From the human T2T-CHM13v2.0 reference genome, Homo sapiens, in NCBI RefSeq assembly GCF_009914755.1, contig NC_060943.1: a stretch of 64,000 nt of DNA; one strand, 5' to 3'. The notes under the pieces were generated by a model. It worked only from the letters and a program-made list of their open reading frames with translations, made no database searches and was not told where the DNA came from. This document shows, one piece after another, positions 22,423-64,000 of the stretch. A program made the translations under genes and the position numbers. Each line of letters starts with the position of its first letter. Position 1 is the first letter of the stretch.

Positions 22423-23186
22423 TCACTATATTGTTCAGGCTGGTCTCCAACTCCTAGCCTCCAGCCATCTTCCTGGCTTGGCCTCCCAAAGTGCTGAGAT
22501 TACAGGCATGAGCCACCGAAACTGGCCTTTTTGCACTTGTTGAGTGCAGAGTTGAAGTTCAAGGACAGATTCTGGCTCCCCATGGCGTGGGTTCAAATCC
22601 CACTGTCACTCCTAGCTCACAGAAGGGGAATTGATGTCCAGGGCCACCCAGCAGGTCGTGCTGCAGTCACAGCAGCTCACAACTTCTCACCCCAACCCCT
22701 GCTGCATCTCCCAGGGAACCAAGGGGCAGGGGACAGCGCCCCAACACTGCCACCACTCTCCCATTCCTGCACATTCTGCTCACATTGTCTGCCGCGGCCT
22801 TGGGCCCTTCCTAACTCACATCCTGGGGTCCTGCTGCCCGCTTCTGTCATTGGAATCACAGTCAAGGAAGGTGTGACCTGATTCTCCCCACTCTGCTGCT
22901 TTTCCTCTCCAGGCTCACAATTCCCTCCGCTAGGGCAGGAGATGGTCCTGCACACTCTGCAGGGGCCTTCACTCCAGGCCTCCTTAGGAATTCCAAAGTG
23001 CTTTCCAAATCCACCCCCCTCCCCCCACTCGGCAGCCACCCCACTCCCGCCACTTGGATATGACCCATTTTTCAGAATCTAGAAATCTCATCAGACTCCT
23101 CACCTGCTCCAAACTCTCCTACAGTTCCCCAGCACCCTCAGAACAAAATCCACACCCCTTCCGGAGGCCCAGAAGATACCCCGTGA

Positions 23187-23357
<171 letters not shown>

Positions 23358-23652
23358 TGAGGTCAGGGCCATCACCACCCTGGGGTGGGTCCACCTGGAT
23401 CATGCTGTGTCCCCAGCACCTGCCGGAGGGCCCTGCACACAGTATGCACTCAATGAACCGGCCTCAGCCCAGGCCTCTGGCCGCAGCCTGGACCCCACGG
23501 TGGGAAGAAGAGAAGCTATGCCTTCCCAGAACTTCCCTGGAGAGAAGGGGTCCATTTACATGTATTTGCACAATTTGCATATGTTTACATTGGTCGGCAG
23601 GGCTTTGCAAGTAGGGGATCCCGCTCGGATCTCCCATTGATTGATTGATTGA

Positions 23653-23916
<264 letters not shown>

Positions 23917-23939
23917 TGAGCCACCGCGCCCAGCCTTGA

Positions 23940-24575
<636 letters not shown>

Positions 24576-24715
24576 AAGCCCTTTTTTTTTTTTTTTTTTT
24601 TGGAGACGGGGTCTTGCTGTGCTGCCCAGGCTGGAGTGCTGTGCAGTTCTCGACCACAGCTCATTGCAGCCTCGAACTTCCACGCTCAAGCGATCCTCCC
24701 ACTTCAGCCTCCTGA

Positions 24716-24988
<273 letters not shown>

Positions 24989-25025
24989 TGAGCTGAGACT
25001 TGAACCCAGAGACCAGAACCTCCAG

Positions 25026-25047
25026 AGGTCAAAGTCCTCCTGGGTCC
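25026..25047 (+). promoter_or_regulatory. DR10 nuclear-receptor element upstream of NIS
   Basis: AGGTCA-N10-GGGTCC starting 1375 nt before the ATG. Matches a retinoic-acid-responsive element I recall for the NIS promoter. Confidence 0.55.
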
Positions 25048-25939
25048 CCCAGAGAAGGGCCCTGAGATGACAGCTCGTTGGTCCTCATGGAAGCGTGACC
25101 CCCCCAGTAGACTTTCTCCCACACCCAACCTTGGTTTCCTCATCTATATGATAGGGACAAGCCAGACTCTACCTCCCTGGTGGTCATGGTCTCCGCTTAT
25201 TCGGGTTCATAACCTTAAAGGCCCCTCGCACCACCTCAGTGAGCCATTTATGCCTGGCACAGGGCCAACTCTCAGTGCATATCTGCAAAGGAACCAATGA
25301 ATGAATGAATGAAGTGACAAATGAATAAAGGAATAAATGAATGAGGCACTTATCATGTACCAGGCTTTCGTTACCACGTCCCATTTATTCCTCTGAGGCA
25401 GGGTCTATTTTATCCTTGTTACAGATGGGGAAACTAAGGCCCAGGGAGGAGCAAAGTCTTCCCCAAGTATGTACCCACTCAGAACTTGAGCTCTGAATGT
25501 CTCCCACCCAGCTTAGCCCAAGAGCGGGGTTCAGTGATGCCCACCCCCTAAGGCTCTAGAGAAAGGGGGTAGGCCCACATGCCAGTTTGGGGGTGGTAAA
25601 GCCAGGTAAGTTTTCTTTATGGGTCCCCTGAAACCCTGAAAGTGAACCCCAGTCCTGCATGAAAGTGAGCTCCCCATAGCTCAAGGTATTCAAGCACAAT
25701 ACGGCTTTGAGTGCTGAAGCAGGCTGTGCAGGCTTGGATAGTGACATGCCCTCTCTGAGCCTCAATTTCCCCACCTGTCAACAGCAGACAGTGACAGCTG
25801 TGATCAGGGGATCACAGTGCATGGGGATGGGTGGGTGCATGGGGATGGAGGGGCATTTGGGAGCCCTCCCCGATACCACCCCCTGCCGCCACCCAGATAG
25901 CCTGTCCTGGCCTGTCTGTCCCAGTCCAGGGCTGAAAGG

Positions 25940-26060
25940 GTGCGGGTCCTGCCCGCCCCTAGGTCTGGAGGCGGAGTCGCGGTGACCCGGGAGCCCAATA
26001 AATCTGCAACCCACAATCACGAGCTGCTCCCGTAAGCCCCAAGGCGACCTCCAGCTGTCA
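25940..26060 (+). promoter_or_regulatory. SLC5A5: SLC5A5 core promoter: GC box, ERE-like palindrome, TATA-like AATAAAT
   Basis: CCCGCCCC 25952-25959, imperfect ERE GGAGTCG-cgg-TGACCCG 25973-25989 and AATAAAT 25997-26003, at the start of a CpG island running to ~27150. TSS inferred ~26025-26055. Confidence 0.75.
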
Positions 26061-26229
26061 GCGCTGAGCACAGCGCCCAGGGAGAGGGACAGACAGCCGG
26101 CTGCATGGGACAGCGGAACCCAGAGTGAGAGGGGAGGTGGCAGGACAGACAGACAGCAGGGGCGGACGCAGAGACAGACAGCGGGGACAGGGAGGCCGAC
26201 ACGGACATCGACAGCCCATAGATTCCTAA

Positions 26230-47963
<21,734 letters not shown>

Positions 47964-48141
47964 GGACAGGGCCAGCCGCGGGACTGACACCCTGGGATGG
48001 AACCTCAGGATGGGCCAAACCCAGACAACGGGCCCATGGCCTTGGGCTCTGATTGGCTGGATTGCCTTGTATGCAAATGAGTTCAGGACTACAATACCCT
48101 ACCCTATGGGGAGGCCCTGCCTCCGGGAGGTCATTTTTTAA

Positions 48142-48720
<579 letters not shown>

Positions 48721-48859
48721 CTTTCTTATTTTCTTCCTGGGATTGGGGAGGGGATGATTCAGACCCCACATGGCCTCCAACCTTGGCCCACACACCTGCC
48801 ATGGCTCCCATCATCCTGAGCATGCTAGCGTCCCCTCCTCACCTGACAATGGAGGCTCT

Positions 48860-49305
48860 CGAATTGGGTTGTGTCCCCCCAAAATTTATGTCTACCCAGA
48901 ACCTCAGAACATGAGCTTACTTGGAAATAGGGTCTTTGCAGGTGTAACTGGTTAAATTAAAAGAGGTATTACTGGAGGAGGATGGATGAATCCAGTGACT
49001 GGTTCCTCATATGAAGTAGAGAAGAGATGCAGAGAAACACATGGGGAAGATGCCACGTGAAGACAGAGGCAGTGGTTGGATCAATGCATCTACGAGTCGG
49101 AGAACCCAAGGATTGCCAGCAACAACCAGAAATCAGGAGGGGGGCATGAGATGCATTATTTCTTAGAGCCTTTAGAGGGAACATGGCCCTACTGACACCT
49201 TGATGTCAGACTTCTGGCTGCTAGAACTGTCAGAGAATAAATTTCTGTTGTTTGATGCCACCAGGCCTATAGTGGTTTGTGACAGCAGCCACAGGAGCTC
49301 ATACA
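48860..49305 (+). mobile_element. MLT1 (MaLR) solo LTR, probably MLT1C/D-like
   Basis: TGTGTCCCCCCAAAA...GGAAATAGGGTCTTTGCAG...CCACGTGAAGACAGAGGCAG...GACACCTTGATGTCAGACTTCTGG...AGAATAAATTTCTGTTGTTT...CTCATACA; MLT1 hallmark blocks. Confidence 0.85.
49236..49241 (+). terminator. SLC5A5: Probable SLC5A5 polyadenylation signal
   Basis: First AATAAA I can find after the stop codon; GU-rich sequence follows. Gives a ~1.3 kb 3' UTR and a ~3.6 kb mRNA. Confidence 0.7.
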
Positions 49306-49344
<39 letters not shown>

Positions 49345-50036
49345 GCAGAGTCTCGCTCTGTCGCCCAGACTGGAGTGCAGTGGTGCGATCTTGGCTCACT
49401 GAAACCTCTGCCTCCCAGATTCTCCTTCCTCAGCCTCTGGAGGAGCTGGGATTACAGGCATGTGCCACCATTCCCGGCTGACTTTTGTATTTTTAGTAGA
49501 GACGGGGTTTCACCATGTCGGTCAGGCTGATCTCGAACTCCTGACCTCAAGTGATCTGCCTGCCTCAGCTTCCCAAAGTGCTGGGATTATAGGCGTGAGC
49601 CACTGCGCCCGGCCTCATACACACCTTCTGATCCCGCTTCTCTCCACCCCTTGGAGACCTGGTCCTCTGTGCCCGCTGTTGGGATTGGACACCTTTAGAT
49701 TTGGACTTAAAACTGGCCATTACAACTTTAAAATCGATGACTGGACGGGTGTGGCGTCTCATGCCTGTAATCCCAGCACTTCGGGAGGCTGAGGCGGGCA
49801 GATCACTCGAGGTCAAGAGTTCAAGACCAGACTGGCCAACATGGTGAAACCCCATCTCTACTAAAAATACAAAAATTAGCCGGGTGTGGTGGCGGGCGCC
49901 TGTAGTCCCAGGTACTCGGGAGGCTGAGGCAGGAGAATCGCTTGAACCTGGGAGGCAGAGGTTGCAGTGAGATCACGCCACTGCATTCCAGCCTGAGTGA
50001 CAGAGCAAGACTATGTCTCAAAAAAATATATATATA

Positions 50037-50082
<46 letters not shown>

Positions 50083-50337
50083 AAATCAAATCAATGACTG
50101 AGCAACGTGGTAAGCAGATTTTCCACCTCTGTGTAGTCCTCACTCAAAACAGAGCCCAAATCTGAGATGGGAGGAGGTGCCCGGGGTAGGGATGGGCTAA
50201 TGTTCCCCCAAGTGAGCAGAAGAAGCTTATCTGGCTGCAGTATAGAGATCCTTCCACGGCGTTATTCATTCCGTTTACTGCGGAGTAGTATTCCATTGTG
50301 CAAAAGGACCATAGTTTGTTATCTATACACCAGTTGA

Positions 50338-50796
<459 letters not shown>

Positions 50797-50874
50797 TGAT
50801 CCGCGTGCCTCAGCCTCCCAAAGTGCCGGGATTACAGGCGTGAGCCACCGCGCCTGGCCAGTCATCTCTACTTT

Positions 50875-52388
<1,514 letters not shown>

Positions 52389-52652
52389 TTTTCATTTTTC
52401 TTGGGGTATCTAGAAGTAAAATGGCTGGATCTGACAGTAGATATATGTTTGACTTTTTAAGAAACTGCAAGCCGGGCACAGTGACCCATGCTTATAATCC
52501 CAGCACTTAGGGAGGCTGAGGCGGGAGGATCGCTTGAGCCTAGGAGTTCGAGGCCGGCCTGGGCAACATGGAGAAACCCTGTCTCTAGAAAAAAAAAAAA
52601 ATAGCTGGGCATGGTGGCATGCACCTGTAGTCCCAGCTACTTGGAAGGCTGA

Positions 52653-53058
<406 letters not shown>

Positions 53059-53084
53059 TAATTTTCGTATATGAGGTAAGGGTC

Positions 53085-55708
<2,624 letters not shown>

Positions 55709-55713
55709 GGGTC

Positions 55714-58470
<2,757 letters not shown>

Positions 58471-58500
58471 GAGTAGGAGAGCGGAATCATCCTTGCTTGA

Positions 58501-58844
<344 letters not shown>

Positions 58845-59038
58845 TGAGTGACCATGCTCAGCCTATATTTAAATTTTTATTTCCCCCGAGATGGAGTTTC
58901 GCTCTTACTGCCCCAGCTGAAGTGCAATGATGCAATCTCGGCTCACTGCAACCTCCGCCTCCTAGGTTCAAAGTGATTCTCCTGCCTCAGCCTCCCGAGT
59001 AGCCGAGATTACAGGTGCCCGCCACCACACCCGGCTAA

Positions 59039-59185
<147 letters not shown>

Positions 59186-59512
59186 TAAAGTGATTCATTT
59201 TTATAGCCAGAAAAGAACATTTTGAAATTATTGGCCAGGTACACTGGCTCATGCTTGTAATACAAAAATACAAAAATTAGCCAGCTGTGGTGGCTTGTGC
59301 CCATAGTCCCAGCTACTTGGGAGGACCACTTGAGCCCAGGAGGCGGAGGTTGTAGTGAGCCAAGATCATGCTACTACACTCCAGCCTGGGCAGCAGAGCG
59401 AGCACTTTTCTCAAAAAGAAAGAAAAAAAGAAATTATTTACATTTATTGAGCACACAATATGTGCCAAGCAGTTTACCCATATATTAAAAGTATTGATAT
59501 TTGCCGGGCTCA

Positions 59513-60016
<504 letters not shown>

Positions 60017-60329
60017 TAGCCAGGATGGTCTCGATCTCCTGACCTCGTGATCCACCCCCCTTGGCCTCCCAAAGTGCTGGGATTACAGGCGTGAGCCACC
60101 ATGCCCAGCAAAAAATAAAATAAATAAAGTATTGATGTTTATTGCTGGATTTGGTGGCTCATGCCTATAATCCCAGGGCTTTCAAAGGCTGAGGCAGGAG
60201 GATCACTTGAGGCCAGGAATTTGAAACCAGCTTGAAAAATATAGTGAGACCTTCATCTCTAAAAATAAAAAAATTAATCAGGCAGGGTGGTGTGTACCTA
60301 TAGTTCTAGCTACTCAGGAGGCAGAGTCA

Positions 60330-60717
<388 letters not shown>

Positions 60718-60766
60718 TCAAAAAAAAAAAAAATGTGTTGATGTTTATTGAGCAGAGACTCAGTAG

Positions 60767-60908
<142 letters not shown>

Positions 60909-60965
60909 TAGCTGGGATTACAGGTGCACACCACCATGCCCAGCTAATTTTTTTTTTTTTTTTGA

Positions 60966-61262
<297 letters not shown>

Positions 61263-61439
61263 TAATCTTTAGTAGAGATTGGGTTTCACCATGTTGGCCA
61301 GGCTGGTCTCAAACTCCTGACCTTGTGATCCTCCTGCCTCAGGCTCCCAAAGTGCTGGGATTATAGACATGAGCCACCACGCCCAGCCAAGACTCAGTAG
61401 GATACACTTTTTTTGAAGTAATTATTTTATTGATGTTTA

Positions 61440-62075
<636 letters not shown>

Positions 62076-62139
62076 TGGCTGGGTGCAGTGGCTCATGCCT
62101 GAAATCCCAGCACTTTGGGAGGCTGAGGCGGGTGAATCA

Positions 62140-62388
<249 letters not shown>

Positions 62389-64000
62389 CTATATTGGTCT
62401 TGCTTTTAGCGTCCTCCTCAGTTCTATTCATTTTGTTAATTTATTCTTTTTTATTTTCTGTAAATGGTCATATCATCTGGTTTCAATTCTTTTTCTTATC
62501 TTATTGCATTGTCCAGCACCTCCACATAAGCACGAAATATTAGCCATGATTTGAGGCATTCCTGCCTCATTCTTAAATATGTTGTACATCCTGTTTTACC
62601 ATCTTTTTTGTTTTGTGTGTGTGTGGAGGTGGGGACAGAGTCTTGCTATGTCACCCAGGCTAGAGTGCAATGGCACAATCTGAGCTCACTGCAACCTCTG
62701 CCTCCCAGGTTCAAGTGATTCTCCTGCCTCAGCCTCCTGAGTAGCTGGGATTACAGGCACATGCCACCACGCCTGACTAATTTTTGTGTTTTTAGTAGAG
62801 GCAGGGTTTCACCATGTTGGCCAGGCTGGTCTCGAACTCCTGACCTCAGGTGATCTGCCTGCCTCTGCCTCCCAAAGGGCTGGGATTACATGTATGAACC
62901 ACTGCACCCGGCTCTGTTTTACCATCTAACAGGATGCAGGTGATTCCTTTCTAATCACCATCAATGGTGATCAGAACTTTTAAGAAAAATTCTAAGAACT
63001 TAAAAAAAAAAAAGGAAAGTGGTTTCTGAATGTTATCTAAAGTTTTTCCATGGTGAAATAATCACGTGGAATTTTTCTCCTTTTATCTTTTCATTGAATA
63101 AATGAAGCTTTCTAAAGCTGAACTTTCCTTGTCTCTTTGGAATAAGACCCCGCATACTCCTAGTATAGTGTCTTTTAAAGCACAGCTGAACTCAATTTGC
63201 TAATGTTTTATTCAGCATTTTTGCATGCACCAAGAGCCCTGACCTCTTCCTGGCAGCTCAGTACCCTGCAGCTGAGCCGATTCCCATAGGAATCCTGGAA
63301 CTTCTGCATAAGGTCAACTGGGTGACTTCAACCAAGCAGCTCCAGAGGCCTCCTCCCAGAATCTCCTCTTCCTCTGGGCAACCCTGCTGCCTACCCCAGC
63401 ACCCCAGGCAGTGCCCTTGCCTCCTGTTCCTCCTCGTCCTCTGAGCCCTGTCTTGCAGCCCTGTTGAATGTTCTCCTAAATGGCTGGGAGGTGGGGCCCC
63501 TCCCCTTCAGGTCCACAGGCTTGTCTCTGTCTCCCCTGCTGATCTTGGTATCTGTAGCTTAAGCCAATACTGAGGCCCTGAATTCCTATTCTTTCTGGTA
63601 CAGCGGGAGAGTTGTCAAGAAGCCAGGTGGAGCAGAAGACAAGACCAGGCAGGAAGCAGGTAAGTTTCCACTGGAATGACTCCACTTGCCTCCTACCGAG
63701 GCCCAGGGCTGTGTCAGCTTCAGGTGCAGCTGGCTCCAGGCCCACCTGGGGCACAGCACGGCAAGGATGGAAGGTCTCCCCTACATCCTATTCTCCCCAG
63801 AGCCAGGTCTGAGACGGGCTGGGATTGAGGATCATCCCAAAACTGGTGGCTCTCAGGAGGTAGCTCACCTCATGCCACCTACCCCACCAAGATGGAATCT
63901 TTTTTTTTTTTTTTTTTTGAGACAGACTCTTGCTCTGTCACCCAGGCTGGAGTGCAGTAGCATATTCTTGGCTCACTGCAACCTCCGTCTCCCGGGTTCA

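Noticed and set aside
25603-25611. Perfect CAG|GTAAGT donor 800 nt upstream of the NIS ATG (alternative first exon or RPL18A read-through exon?)
   Set aside because: No convincing upstream acceptor or promoter, and an isolated 9-mer is expected occasionally by chance.
25997-26002. AATAAA read as a poly(A) signal
   Set aside because: Its position ~30-50 nt before the inferred NIS start and next to a GC box fits the TATA-like promoter element; no GU-rich downstream element.

Overview
Human (primate) genomic DNA, very Alu-dense, recognisable as the chr19p13 JAK3 - RPL18A - SLC5A5 interval. It holds the non-coding first exon and promoter of JAK3 (minus strand, ~2.0-2.2 kb). It also holds the complete 5-exon RPL18A gene (CDS 14043-17349, 176 aa, TCT/5'TOP start) with the H/ACA snoRNA SNORA68 in intron 3, and the complete 15-exon SLC5A5/NIS sodium-iodide symporter gene (CDS 26401-47963, 643 aa). 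Both spliced frames were rebuilt by hand from GT-AG junctions and close exactly. The last ~14 kb is mostly nested repeats: L1 fragments, a solo LTR, a full-length THE1A MaLR provirus with an exact 5-bp TSD, MER20 and many Alus. Nearly all other ORFs in the six-frame track are Alu or simple-repeat artefacts. I see no new protein-coding system; the notable signals are regulatory. (1) The thyroid NIS upstream enhancer motifs lie on RPL18A exon 4/intron 4. (2) A near-canonical 21-bp REST/RE1 site sits in NIS intron 13. (3) The only NIS poly(A) hexamers I found lie in an MLT1 LTR. (4) An 82-nt NIS intron folds end to end like a mirtron and could alternatively form a G-quadruplex. (5) Two ~65-70-bp TSD-like duplications flank Alus in NIS intron 14. 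Literature positions mentioned are recalled from memory and need verification.
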